Assembly (NCBI GenBank): GCA_951406725.2
Contig: OX597816.1
Coordinates: forward strand, 30,752,001-30,816,000
Direction: 5' to 3'
Origin: Octopus vulgaris
Taxonomy: Eukaryota
DNA: 64,000 nucleotides
This document shows positions 32,521 to 47,726 of the stretch, piece after piece (position 1 is the stretch's first letter; every line of letters starts with the position of its first letter). Made by a program: the position numbers and the translations under genes. The notes under the pieces were generated by a model that did not search any database, was not told where the DNA came from, and saw only the letters and a list, made by a program, of their open reading frames with translations.

Positions 32521-33353
32521 TTCACTTTTACATTGGCATGCGATCCCTCCAGTATAACACTTGAATGGAAGTAGATTTTTCTAAACTACGTAAAATAACA
32601 TTTATTCAGCAAAATATTAATATTTATACAAATAGAAATCCTGACTCTCCCTCCAAGAAATCTTTCCCCTGAAACTCGTAGATACTTAATCCCGTTGTGG
32701 CTAACTACTAGTAAAACCATCATATTATTATAATAATTTCTAAACTATAGGAAGTATGCTCAGAGAAAGGGATGTATATAGTTGATTCAGCCAACTACAA
32801 TACTGTGCAATCTTTTACCGTAAAAGACCGAAAGGCACATTAAACCTCATTAGGAACTTAACTAAGGCGTCAAAAGCTGTTAGACATTCTGTCAATATTT
32901 AATAGTCCTTTACCAATCGTCCACCCTTTTGATTTTGTCAACGTATAAGCGATTGAATAAAACACTTTACAAAGTCTCTAAGACTTATGTGAGAAAAAAA
33001 GAAAATTATCCTGCGAATAATAATTTGGGCCTGGTGCTTGTAATAAAAACAAAAAAACTTGACTAATCTATAAACAAGATTGACTAGTCTACCTTCATTA
33101 TAAGTTTCATATTATATGTTTTCAAAAACTTATAATATTAATGAGTTGGCCGAAATGCTTGTACGAGAAAGAGCCTAGTTAAAGAGACTAAAATATGATG
33201 GTATTATTACTTATAGGACACACTTGAAAGCCCAACTCCATTATAAGTTTCGTATTGTTATGTACTCGAATCAAACATAAATTCGTGTTTCAATGATGTC
33301 CGATCCTGCAAGTTGTAACATGAATTCCAGAAATAGATCGAAATGACTGACAC

Positions 33354-33541
33354 TACAGTTCTATATTTAAGAGATGAGGAATTATTTACATTATTTACAA
33401 TTTACGGATATTAGTCCTCAGCTTGTTTGTTGTAAACACCACGTTTCGGTTGATGTACCCTCCAGCCTTCATCAGGTGTTCCGGGGAAATTATGAACTTG
33501 GATTCTCATTCCTGAGGTATTTTTCGTTGTTGTTGTGGTTA

Positions 33542-33626
<85 letters not shown>

Positions 33627-33694
33627 TCTGCCTGGAATTGAACTCGGTATCTTGGGGTTAGTAGCCCGCGCTCTTAACTTCTACGGCATATGGC
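33354..33694 (-). mobile_element. tRNA-headed element ending in a PLE-type hammerhead tail
   Basis: Minus strand: tRNA-like head 33694-33628 (B-box GAGTTCAATTCC), (AAT)n, HHR motif 33480-33435, then a tail matching 59340-59435. Confidence 0.75.
33435..33480 (-). ncRNA. Minimal type I hammerhead motif; this copy has GUG at the cleavage triplet
   Basis: AACAC-CTGATGA-AGGCTG...CAACC-GAA-ACGT-G-GTGTT. Confidence 0.7.
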
Positions 33695-34240
33695 ATAAGT
33701 GATTAACCCCATCCCTACACAATCCAACTCCATCCCATAACATCTTACCGCATCCCTTACACCCACTCCCACATACCCCCTCTACCCCCACCATCAGCCT
33801 GACCCACACCCCACACTTGCTTTCCCACGTCTCGCCTTCCCCATATACCAACACCACCACATCTCATCACACAGCACCACACACCACCATACCACACCAC
33901 ACCACATCACATCATACCACCACGCACACACTAGCACTGACTACTTCCCAGCAGCCTCACCATCATCCACACACCTACATATGCAAACACGCACACGTCG
34001 AGGTCACCATCTCTCTTCCACACGCATATACATGCTCTCTTATACACAATCACGGGCACCTTCGTTTTGGGATCACCACTACTTTATTAACTCCCCTTCT
34101 TCGTAGTTCGCCTCTGTTTCTTTCTGTGGAAGGCTCGAAACGTTAAAGACTTCTTTCATTTCCCGAGGGTTAAAGTGATACATCTGTTAGTTGTCTACAC
34201 CACCTGTCTTCGTCTTTTGTTTCTTTTTGTGAATTCTCCC
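33695..34240 (+). mobile_element. C/A-rich PLE 3' UTR plus family P1 tail with damaged HHR (34119-34149)
   Basis: Shares ACTCCCACATACCCC (33765-33779) with 60487-60501 downstream of the GIY-YIG ORF; TCTTT-CTGTGGA-AGGCTC-GAA-ACGT-T-AAAGA. Confidence 0.65.
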
Positions 34241-34299
34241 TATATATATGCAGATAGACAGACAGATAGATAGATACAAACAAATACACACACACACAC

Positions 34300-34378
<79 letters not shown>

Positions 34379-34934
34379 AATAGAGTTCTTCGCACGTACT
34401 ATGTATCACTGCCAAGCGGTACACATTATTTCTGTTTGGTACACTGAAAATTCTTAATTTTCTTATATTATGGCACTTGCTATTTGGCTACAAACATTTT
34501 TGTCACACGTGTGTGCCGCAATGCACTTGTTGACAATGCATTATGAAAGTGATAATGGCTGAAGTATCAGATCTAAATTTCAATAATTATACCTGTAGTA
34601 GAAGTAATAATATATTTATTGCTGTTGTTCAACCCTTCGACAGGTTTGGTTAAACTCTTCAATAATTAAAAGCATTTTAAAAATGACCAGGTTGTTTATT
34701 GCAGATATCTTGTTTTACAGTATCCAAACAACCGGTTTGAATTTAACACTCGATAGGATATGAGGTGATGAGAGAGTTTTGATTTTTATTTCTAAGAAAG
34801 CGAGAGCCACAAAATAGTTGGTGTTGCAGCATTTATTTCCTGTCATATAATGAAATATAAAAAGTAACACACACACACACACCGAAATGTTAAAATATTA
34901 TTTATATATTTCAAATGTTACTCCACGTAGGAAC

Positions 34935-34975
<41 letters not shown>

Positions 34976-35545
34976 CATCTTTGATCGGACAGTTGGGCAA
35001 AGAACATAGGGCGTTGCTTTGTCTTTTTAGTTATACTTATAAAATCAAGAACGAATAATATAATGAATTCTATATCAGAAGTGCCATCAGGCAAATATGT
35101 TAAATTTTTTTCGCAAAAATTACCTACGTAAAAGCAACACTAACATATCCAGTTTTCCATTGATGTTACAGAAAGAAACATCGGGTACAGGAGGATAAAA
35201 GAAAGTATTTCAATTAACAAGCATGTCTTAGGTTGTTGTCTTTGCATACAGGCTGTCCTCTGCAGCTGTCTCTGTAGCTGAGCATTACTGACCTTGCGGG
35301 CTTGTGGGTGCTGGTGCCACATGAATAGCACCTGTACCGGTGCCACGTAAAAGCACCTGTACTGATGCTGTGTAAAAGCTTGCAGTATATTCAGAGCTAC
35401 GTTGCATACCGCTCATTTGTTACAATAGCAATGCAAAACAACCCTCTTGTAAAAGGAGTCCTTATACCGGAATATTGAAATACTAGGTAACGGCACTGAC
35501 CATCTACCTGTATCGTTAAACTTTAATAACAGAGCTCCTCCACTA

Positions 35546-35817
35546 GAAATTTGAACTCAGAACGTAACGGCAGATGAAATACCTATTTCTTTACTACCTA
35601 CAAGAGGCTAAACACAGAGAGGACAAACAAGGACAGACAAACGGATTAAGTCGATTAAATCGACCCCAGTGCGTAACTGGTACTTAAATTATCAACCCCG
35701 AAATGATGAAAGGCAAAGTCGACCTCGGGGGAATTTGAACTCAGAAAGTAACGGCAGACGAAATACGACTACGCATTTCACCCGGCGTGCTAACGATTCT
35801 GCCAGCTCACCGCCTTA
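35546..35817 (-). mobile_element. SINE family B, near full length, plus an internal fragment repeated after its tail
   Basis: 35584-35817 matches 13420-13639; 35546-35583 repeats the AATTTGAACTCAGAA...GAAATAC segment. Confidence 0.88.
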
Positions 35818-36847
35818 TTCTATTCTGGTGCTTATTCTATTCTTATTCTGGTGCTTATTATATTCGGTCATTTTGCGGAAACAGTAGATTAAGAGATCAA
35901 AACAAACCAACACTAGTTGTGAAACACAGGACATAGCGACAGACACAAACGCCTCATCCTATATACAACGCACATATACTGGTTGCGCGTTACTACATAG
36001 ATTTTTTTGCTACCAAATTCACTCATATTGACCGACCTGGGGTTATATAATAGAACTGAACCCGATGTGAGTCTGAACCCAAAGCGAGTTTCTTGATCAC
36101 ATACTCTCTCTCTTTTTTGACTTTCATTTTCTCAATCTCACTTTGTCTCTCACTTTCTCATTCTCTCTCTCAATCTGTCTCTCACACATACATATATTTC
36201 ACCTAAAACTACTTACCCACTTTATTTCATTGATGTATATGTGGTTTTAATGCGTTCATAACATTTAATAGATGCATGCACACCCACCTCAATATTGAAT
36301 ATCAATTGATATTTAATACCATTTTACTACATACCATATGCAACATCATCATACACAGCGAAACTTGTGTCGCAGAATTTGAAAACCAAGAAGCAACAAA
36401 CGAAGGAGAAACTTTAAAGAGTATCCAATGCCATATGTAATGATCACGAAGGCCATGGTCGAGTCTCAAGTCTTAGAGCAAAATTTTACTATGATATCAG
36501 CAGGTCTTAAATGAAATAATATAATAAAGTTAGGTGGTGCCTTTCGTCCATGACCTATGTGCCTTGTATCCTTGCCAAATTTTCAGTCATACAATATGTA
36601 GTTTTCAGTTTCTTTTACCCCCACTTTATCCGTTTCCCAATGCGAATTATATGTCTCGGTCAAATCATTTAGTAAATTGGATAAACAACTAAATTTAACT
36701 TACATATATATGTATGTATGTACGTATGTATGTATGTATGTATGTATGTATGTATGTATGTATGTATGTATGTATGTATGTATGTATGTATGTATGTATG
36801 TATGTATGTATTATGTACGTATGTATGTATGTATGTATGTATATATG

Positions 36848-36881
<34 letters not shown>

Positions 36882-36910
36882 TCTATCTATCTATCTATCT
36901 ATCTAACTAA

Positions 36911-37029
<119 letters not shown>

Positions 37030-37428
37030 CCTAACTATCTATCTACCGATGAGAAGAAACAAAATAGCAAAAAGCATCAAACTCGACCTCGAGGGATAGC
37101 CACAACCTCAACACATACATGTATGTAGGTGCACATATATATGTACATGCACACACACATACACGCACACACACACACACACAGACACACACAAACGTAT
37201 GTATGTGAATATTTCTACATAATTGTTAATATATATATGCATATAAAACGTGTTTGTGTGTGTATGTATATATATATATATATGTGCATCCATATATACA
37301 TATAACTATATATACATGTGCATACATATACCTACACACATGTGTGTGTTTGTATATGTATATACATAAGTATATATATGTACATATATATATATATGAG
37401 TGTAAATACTGGTATACATATGTATATA

Positions 37429-37472
<44 letters not shown>

Positions 37473-37513
37473 TATATATATACATATATATATATATATC
37501 TATTTATATATAT

Positions 37514-37574
<61 letters not shown>

Positions 37575-38048
37575 CATACATACATCTACACACACATACA
37601 TATAGGCTAATACATGCACAGACATTCACAGACATATACAGACAGGGTTATGCGCATGTGCTATTGTTTTTCCCCATGAATTCCCAATATGAAATATTCA
37701 GCCATTCAGAATGTCACAAACCCTTGGAATGCTGGCACTTAAAATATTTTTCATTCTGTTTTTGTATTGTTTTTCAGAGAATAAAATATCGTTTAATTGT
37801 TAATGTTATTTTGACGATACTCGCAACGGCAGTAAAGAATTTCACCTGCTGTCAGGTCTGGAATAGTTTTGGCGGCTCTCCCATTTCTAAGTGTCCTTGG
37901 ATCGACTCCAGATATTCGATTCAAGAGTAATGGTACATATAGACATATACATATATACAAACGCAAGCCTACAAATATCTATACATATTAATACGTGTGT
38001 GTGAGAAGGGGGTGCATTTGTATATCAGTCTGTGTGTATAAACTCTTT

Positions 38049-38091
<43 letters not shown>

Positions 38092-38305
38092 ATACATATA
38101 TATGTATGTACATACACACACACATATATACATATATAAATATGTACATATATATTCATATATATGTACATATTTTCTTATACACACATATACATACATA
38201 TATATATATATGTATGTATATATATGTGTATATATAAAAATATATATACACATATATATATTCATATATATGCGTATATGTATAGATGTGTGTCTATGTG
38301 TTTAC

Positions 38306-38389
<84 letters not shown>

Positions 38390-39033
38390 GTATATGTATG
38401 TATATATGCATATACATATGTATGCATTTATGCATATACATACTCAGACACATCAGTTTCTATATAGTTACACACAGGTAAATGTCAAGCAATACGCTTG
38501 ATTAAAACTGAATGTTTCCCATTGATTTTTTTCCTTTCGTTTTCTCCTGTATTCAATGCATCTTTTCATATATTTCCCATTCACACACGTACGCATGAAC
38601 ACACTCGCTCTCTCTCTCTCTCGCTCTCTATTTCACTCTGTATTTCTCATACACCCACACTGGCATACGATGATACAGAAGCACACACACAGACAGTTAT
38701 TCACACATGTTTGCACACGAACTGGTCTTCTTTCCTATTATTGATACTTAAGACATTTATGAATTCGAAACTTTAGGCAATTTCTGTTGTCGAAGAAGAT
38801 GCAAACAGGTATTGAACTAATGGTTGAGTGTGGTGCAGTAGGAGGATCAGAGATGAATATAAATTGGAGAGATGGAGGCAAGCTACAAGAAGGCGGGAAT
38901 ATTTTGCTAAAATAAAAGGATGAGTAAAGACTAGATTGAGAGAAGGAGATAAAATTTGAGAAACAGAGATCGAGAGAAAGAAAAAAAAAGAGAATTGTCT
39001 GAAAGGTAAGAAGGGGTGTGGAAGACGATATAC

Positions 39034-39086
<53 letters not shown>

Positions 39087-39207
39087 GCATACACACATAC
39101 ACATTTATGTATGTATATATGTGCTTTACATACGTATCCTGACACACGCAGATGCACATATATACGCAGTCACAAGCGGATCTAGAAGAGATGGAAAAAT
39201 TGCATAC

Positions 39208-39297
<90 letters not shown>

Positions 39298-39423
39298 AGA
39301 AAATCATATTTGAATTGATAAAAGAAAGGCAATTAGAGGGTGAACTAAGATAGAACCAATGGAAATCATGATCATATTTAAAGAAGTAGAATGGCAGAAA
39401 TGTATGTGAATAAATATATAGGT

Positions 39424-39498
<75 letters not shown>

Positions 39499-40021
39499 AA
39501 GGGAGAGAGAGAAATGAACATGAAGATAGGTATAGGAAAGATAATGCATGTATGAGGGAGGAGATAGATACTGAACTGAAAAACAGAGAACATACATACA
39601 TACATATATATATATATATGTATATATATATCTTAAATAAAGAGAGGATTGTTCAATGTGAAAGAGAGATGGTAGCATAGAAAGAGATAGATTGGACTGG
39701 AGAAAATGTCACTGAATTTGATAAAGAAACGTTGAGAAATGAAGAATATATGGTAATTTTGGTGAGAAATAATGAAGTAAATACAAAGAAAAGCAAGTAA
39801 GTAAAATTTGGAGGTTTTGAAAAGTAAAAGTGAGAGAATTAGAAAAGAGTGAAGGAGAGGTGCAGATGCAAAACGGAAAGACTGGAGCTTAAAATGCCGA
39901 AAAAAATATACAATCAGCTAAGGAGAAGCAAAGAGTGTGTGTAGTGTAAGACAGAATATATATATATATACCCACACGTCTGTGTGTGTGTCTGTTTGAG
40001 TATATACATAAGTATGCATAT

Positions 40022-40105
<84 letters not shown>

Positions 40106-43005
40106 GTGTGTATAAAGAGAGAGGGGAAAAAGAATCAGATTGAAAAGGGAAAAGAAGCGATGAAATGAAGAAATAGTGGATAGAAAACCATAACGAGTAA
40201 TGGTTGAACGTTAAGGAGTCTTATAGAATCTATTTGTTGTCTCCAATTTCTAAAGGTAGACGTCAAATACTTTTGTTCTTCAACCTTAAACAATGTAGCA
40301 GAAGAAATGTTCTGTCTATTGTCGACCAGATTACGCATATTTACCTTCTTATAATACATTCAATGGATAAAAGATAGCCCGATAGTAGAAAATTAGGTGG
40401 GAGGTATTGACCAGGAGACATTATCAATAATACAATACTTGTATTGTACTGTAGTGCAGATGGCCGTCACTGACATTGTATTGTGTTTATAGATGCTTAC
40501 CCTTGGGCGCAGTCACAACACGCGCACTCTTCTTACTGTACATTAATCGTTTACACATTGTTACTTCTGTCTACGTACACTCCCATTATATATTCCTTTT
40601 TAAAGTTCCAAACAAAGTTGAGAAATACATAGAACTAAGAAGGTGACAAAGCATACAGGTGGTTACTCAATATGCTAGATCTAGCAGCGGAATCATTCTC
40701 AAAACCTCAGAAAGGTGCAATACTGTATATTGCCGTCCTATATATACTGATTGAAAATAACGTACGGGATAAGTATGGCAGGAACACATTTGCTGGTTCA
40801 GAGATGATTTGTAGATGACGGAGTCATAGTGTCAAAGTACATCACGGCTAGACTTGACCTGGTGGCAAGACAAAGACAATGAAAAATCTCAAAATGCAGA
40901 ATGAAATTCCGATCTTCTTTAACAGATGTTCTACTAAAAATATTAAAATATACATATTCTGGCATTACGTGATCTCTGTTCCTGAGTATACCATCAGCAT
41001 TTTTATAGATCATATCTATATTTTGATATGCATATTTTATTTCCTATTTGGCAAACACTCTTTCTGTCAGGCAATGTGGTGTTGGTAATAAATTGTTTTA
41101 ATGGGGTTGTTTTCAGGTTATTTAGTGGTGTAAATGATATGAACTTGCATCTACTAAAAATTATACTGGGATCTTATATTAAGGACACTGATAGAACTAC
41201 ACAGTGGAGGGTTGACCTTCTAGAGATTGTATATATACCTCTACCATTTTGGATAATTTGATCCCTCCATGTACAAGTATTATCTTAGACACAATAGGAA
41301 GGGATGATCTCTAACACTTTTCAGGGTCTCCGAAATTGTTTGGACGTTGGCTAGCTCGGATGTTTATAAAAAAGTGGGTTTCATGAAATATTTTCAAGGA
41401 CAAGCTGTTGGCGTGAAAACCGGCAGCGGATTAAGTGTACAACTTAAAAATAGAAACGGTATACTCTATAGACTTTTTCACTATATCACTTATCGAACTT
41501 CAGATACAAGGCTGTGGTGGATACAAATCTATGCTAGAACAATACATTGAAGTTACCATGCTTTACAAAACATGCTGCTGCTAAGCAAACTATTTAATCA
41601 CACAAGCACACCAGCTTTGTCATAAAAGGTTTCCAGCTTTAACTATAACTTCTTGTATATCCAGAACTATATTGTCCATGCTCCCTATTTTAAGATCACA
41701 GATAATGATTTGGGAAAATATAGCTTTTATTTCTAGTAGCTCGAGTGACCTCATAAAGTTCACTTCATCCAACGCCATAGTAACAGTTTATAGGCAATAG
41801 TCCTTACTTCACCAGTATTCTTTTCGTTGTCTTTCAGCACAGGCATTTCTCGATATTCTTATCCCATAAATTACTGTTATAGCTTTTCACAAATTTATTT
41901 TAATGATTCCTTCTGCGTTGCTGAAATGCACTCAGTTTATGGATGCAATTGGTCAACAATCCAGATATCTTCTAACAATAACATTTACACAAATTGGTAG
42001 GACGCGAGGAATATTTGATTACCTTTCATCAAATTTGCTATAGCATTGTTGATGATTAAATTCATCATAATAGAAAACACACAATGTTAGAGGGCTGAGT
42101 GGAGGGGCATCATTGTAAAATTCAAATAAAGTATCTTTATAGAAATGGAATTTTGCAACATAACAGCAAAGGTGTTACAGGAAACAAATTGAATACTTTT
42201 TTATTGTTCCATAACGATTGTCAATTCCCAGCTTAGATGTATCATAAATATGCACTTACGTGCATATCTGAATTCAGTCAGATCTAAATGAAGGCGGATA
42301 ACACAGTAAATCTATTTCATCAGAACAGCCAGTATTCTAGAGTAATGGAATTTTGAATTTTTCTTACTGAGTGTTTCAACTCCCTCCTTGTTTCGTATAG
42401 ATATCATATGTATCTCAAGTGTGAGCACTGTGATTACAAGATTAGGAAGGAATGTAAATGTATGTAGCTATGTCCAAATCATTCATGTATACAAAGAAGA
42501 ACATAGCCGAGGCATGTTGGATATCTTCAAGGTGTGAATTGTGCGCAATAAATCACTGTCTGTTCATTAGCTGTGTTGGCAGCTGATGTACCTTAGTCTT
42601 AGATAATATTCATTTTAACCTAGAACATTTGCATAAAGATTTAAACCTATATTTTTAAATGTTCGTAGTACAATAGTTGTCAACTTCACCATATTTTATG
42701 GCTGAATCGCCGGCTGCATCCGTGATTCACATGCCAGAGAGTAGACTCCATGAAAGATTAATGTACATTCAACGGCTTTCGACCGGAAATATATTTATGT
42801 ATAGCACTCTAGAAAACTCCAGAGAAAGAAACCAGTGACTGTTAAACCCGCTAACAACATAAAATTTACCAACCAAAGAACTGGCAGAGTCCAAACCATA
42901 ATGAACCTTATAATTTATTAATATGTAATTCCCATCACACGGCTTGGGTCTATCCAGTACTATGGTCAACACACATTGCCTCCAAATACTTGATATTGAT
43001 AAAAT

Positions 43006-43385
43006 GGAGGCGCAATGGCCCAGTGGTTAGGGCAGCGAAGTCGCGGTTGTAGGATCGCGGTTTCGATTCCCAGACCAGGCATTGTGAGTGTTTAATGAGC
43101 GAAAACACCTAAAGCTCCACGAGGCTCCGGCAGGGGGGGGGGTGATCCCCGCTGTACTCTTTCACCACAACTTTCTCTCACTCTTACTTCCTGTTCATTT
43201 GGTCCCTGTATTTCAAAGGGCCGGCCTTGTCACTCTCTGTGTCACGCTGAATATCCCCGAGAACTACGTTAAGGGTACACGTGTCTGTGGAGTGCTCAGC
43301 CACTTGCACGTTAATTCCACGAGCAGGCTGTTCCGTTGATCGGATCAACCGGAACCCTCGTCGTCGGAACCGACGGAGTGCTTCC
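43006..43385 (+). mobile_element. tRNA-derived SINE family A, full length with TSD
   Basis: Matches 1578-1948; 11-bp TSD ATTGATAAAAT at 42995-43005 and 43386-43396. Confidence 0.93.
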
Positions 43386-43869
43386 ATTGATAAAATATTT
43401 CTAGAACGAAAATAAATGATTTTATTCTTCAGTTAATGGGATTGAATAATGTAAAAAGTAAATACAGAAATAGACAGAAAAAGATCTTAATCCCTTACAG
43501 CAAATCAACTGAAAACACATTCATAGAAAATCGTTTGTTTCGTAGTTTAAAACGTTTCATTAGATATGAAATTGAGCCATTAGGCGACAGTGAAAAGGAC
43601 AATAACTTTATAACTTTACCCCAATATATTATCGTAGTCTGAAATTTCAATAAATTGATATTATATGATATTTGAATAATTTCGGTGTTATAAACTTTGC
43701 TTATTGAAAATAGAAAATAATATACGACTGCTTCCTCGCTTTTATTGCTTGAAGAATTACTTTTTGGTTCCTTTTTCTTTTTCGTTGTGATTTTAATAAT
43801 TTTTCTAATTAAAGATTTCATTGCTATATTGAATGTCAAGTGTTTTATATATATTGTAATATGAATAAC

Positions 43870-44036
43870 AGCGACGACGATGATGACGACGATAACAAAA
43901 CAAAAATTACAATAAAAATCGACGACGACAACAACAACAACAACAACAACAACTACTACTATTGCTGCTGTTGCTACTATTACTACTACTACTACCACTT
44001 CTGTTGTTACTACTACTACTACTACCACTACTACTG

Positions 44037-44084
<48 letters not shown>

Positions 44085-44104
44085 TACTAATACTAATACT
44101 ACTG

Positions 44105-44149
<45 letters not shown>

Positions 44150-44604
44150 AACACCAATGCTATCATCACCACTGCCACAAATGATAAGAATAACGATGGC
44201 AATATTTACACAATAACATTATTAATAGTCATTGTAATAACAATAGCGACGATAACAAGAATAATAATAAGCAGAAGAAAAAGAAGAGGAAGGAGAAGAA
44301 GGAGAAGAAGAAGAAGAAGAAGAAGAAGAAGAAGAAGAAGAAGAAGAAGAAGGAGAAGAAGAAGAAGAAGGAGAAGAAGAGGAAGAAGAAGGAGAAGAAG
44401 AAGAAGAAGTAGAAGGAGAAGAAGAAGGAGAAGAAGAAGAAGAAGAAGAAGAAGAAGAAGAAGAAGAAGAAGAAGAAGAAGAAGCAGAAGGAGAAATGGA
44501 AGAAAAAGAAGAAGAAGCAGACGATGAAAATGATATTTTCATCTATTGCACATTCTAATATAAAAATGAATATCCATGTTATCAATATACCAACAAGCAT
44601 TAAA

Positions 44605-44695
<91 letters not shown>

Positions 44696-44697
44696 TA

Positions 44698-44756
<59 letters not shown>

Positions 44757-44760
44757 CACC
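43870..44760. repeat. Trinucleotide microsatellite cluster (AAC/ACT/GAA/ACC)
   Basis: Directly visible. Confidence 0.95.
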
Positions 44761-45237
44761 ACTGCTGCTGTTGATGCTGCTACTGATAACATTAATTATC
44801 TAATTGCGTATTGGAAATCATATTGGTTATAGGGAAATCAGAAAATTCATAATTAATATCTTGACAAGATTTCCTCTTAAATATAATATCATAATGATTT
44901 AACACAATCTGAGAAAACGAATACGCTGAGACACACATAGACACACTCATACGCACAGATCCCACACACACACAACATATGCGGATATTTGGAAGCCCAC
45001 ACACACATGCACACATGCATATACGCACACAAACAAACGCCCCCACACATACTCACAGGAGTAATAAAGAAATATGAGAGAACGACCAGAGTAGTTTTGT
45101 CAATGCAACATACATATACATAAATACACACTCGTTTATGTTTGTATGTATGTATTCATGTATGTATGTGTGTACGTATGTATGTATTTCACACTTTCTC
45201 TCTCTCTCTCTCTCACACACATTCTCTTACTCTTTAT

Positions 45238-45269
<32 letters not shown>

Positions 45270-45355
45270 GTATGTATATATATATATATATATATATAAC
45301 GGGAAGCTTTATGAAAATAAACAAAAGACGAAGGCAGGTGGAAAACAAACGAACA

Positions 45356-45812
<457 letters not shown>

Positions 45813-46364
45813 TATATATATATATATATATATATAACAGACGCATATATATATAACACATGTCCTTCTCGAGCCATATAAGGCCAGTTTCCAGGATCCG
45901 CTGGCTTATATATTCTCTCTCTATTAGACGGGATGCCACTCCATCGTAGGAATACTCCTTTTAGCCAGGTGAGTGGGCTAGAGCAAAGTGAAAGGAAGTG
46001 TTTTGCTCAGAAACACAGTGCACCTCTTGGTCCAAGAATTGGAACCTCAATGTTACGATCATGAATGTTACTTCTCAAAATACAAAATACTAAGCGACGT
46101 GCCTACACATACGCACACATGGTCACACGAACATACACACACATACACAAACGCGTGCATGTCCACACACACACGCACATGCACAAACGCACACATATAC
46201 ATTAACAAGGATAGTACTGACTGTGACTTTGAAGTTATAGATGGCGTAGACTCTATAGTACTGACGAAGAATATTAATGCTAAGGAATGTTAAATGTGTA
46301 GAATGTACCGAAGTAATCCCTCTGTTTATTGTAAATTTCTTTTGCTTTGTATAATTATAATAAC

Positions 46365-46590
46365 TCGACTTCAGGTGGCTAAAAGTTTGAATCCTTAGCA
46401 CGCCAGACAAAGTATTTGTCTGCCTTTGTCTGCCTTTACGTTCTGAGTACAAATTCCACCGGGTCAACTTAGCCTTTCATAATTTCTGTGTCGATTACAT
46501 AAGCACCAATTGAGCAACGTGATTATTAACTAACGCCACTGCACACTAAGAATCTCATTCTTTATGCTTGTAGTAGAATGGATTTTCGAA
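46365..46590 (+). mobile_element. SINE family B, diverged
   Basis: TTAGCACGCC...TTTACGTTCTGAGTACAAATTCCACC...GCCTTTCAT. Confidence 0.7.
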
Positions 46591-46699
46591 TTAAACACAC
46601 ACACACACATATACACACACACATATATACTGACACACACACACATATATACTGACACACACACACATATATACTGACACACACACATATATAATTTAT

Positions 46700-47090
46700 A
46701 CTTTTCTACATCTATGAATCACATATGGAATGCAAGATAAAATACGGGATACATATTACACAAAATTATGGATTAGCGCGGAGGATTTACCAAGGATGAA
46801 TATACAGACTTCAGAATATTTTCATACAAAAGTGCACCCACGCAAATCAAAGCTAGCAAATTTTATTTTAATTTATATTTAAAGGAAAAACTCCCTTTTA
46901 CTATATTTTTTCTTTAAAAAAATATAGCATTCGATTAATTATACAAATTTCTACCTCTCCATCTCTGATGAGTGGAAGTATTGCTCATTAATGTTTATCA
47001 ATCTTGGATTCCATTATAAAGACAATAGTTTTGAGAAACGATCGTAAGATGCGTTAAATACCTAATCTTAAACTGTCATACTTTATATAT
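46700..47090 (+). mobile_element. PLE 3' end: decayed ORF terminus plus HHR at 46960-47051
   Basis: NHIW and KCTH(A)N remnants resemble PLE GIY-YIG C-termini; CATCT-CTGATGA-(63 nt)-GAA-ACGATCGT-A-AGATG. Confidence 0.7.
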
Positions 47091-47109
47091 TTATATATAC
47101 TATATATAT

Positions 47110-47300
47110 GTAAATGTAAAAAAATACAAACTGGGACAAGAACGTGAAACGTTTAGAAGACGATACGAAAAACACGGACGGGACATTCCAAGCCTTCAAT
47201 CTTCAGTCAAGAACCGGATCATCTTCGCAATTTCGGCTGATTAATCTTGAGATTGTTCGGATCTGGCCAGCCCCAAAGGAAAATCTAAGCCAATCGCATT
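47110..47300 (-). mobile_element. Dispersed repeat family Q between (TA)n tracts
   Basis: Similar to 11755-11975 and ~16800-16940. Confidence 0.6.
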
Positions 47301-47331
<31 letters not shown>

Positions 47332-47344
47332 TACAATGTTATTT

Positions 47345-47385
<41 letters not shown>

Positions 47386-47560
47386 TTGTGAAAAGGTTTT
47401 AGATTTTGATTTTCATGCTATTATTTCACAATCTATTATATATAATTGCTCGTATTAAATGTCTAAATGCTTAATGAAGTTAATACTTTGACACTTATAT
47501 CAAATTATACACAAATGGCACACACTTCAAATTCAGTATATCATATTCTCATAGAATATA

Positions 47561-47591
<31 letters not shown>

Positions 47592-47602
47592 TTTATATAT
47601 AT

Positions 47603-47663
<61 letters not shown>

Positions 47664-47682
47664 TATATATATATATATGACA

Positions 47683-47726
47683 CGCAAAGGATGACATGCA
47701 AATTCGTGAAGCGATCCATATTTTTT
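47683..47726 (+). pseudogene. U6: U6 snRNA 3' fragment (retrocopy)
   Basis: CGCAAAGGATGACATGCAAATTCGTGAAGCGATCCATATTTTTT vs U6 CGCAAGGATGACACGCAAATTCGTGAAGCGTTCCATATTTT. Confidence 0.92.

Noticed and set aside
40430-42960. Repeat-poor region with splice-like signals and short ORFs (e.g. 41347-41550)
   Set aside because: No consistent exon chain or recognisable protein.
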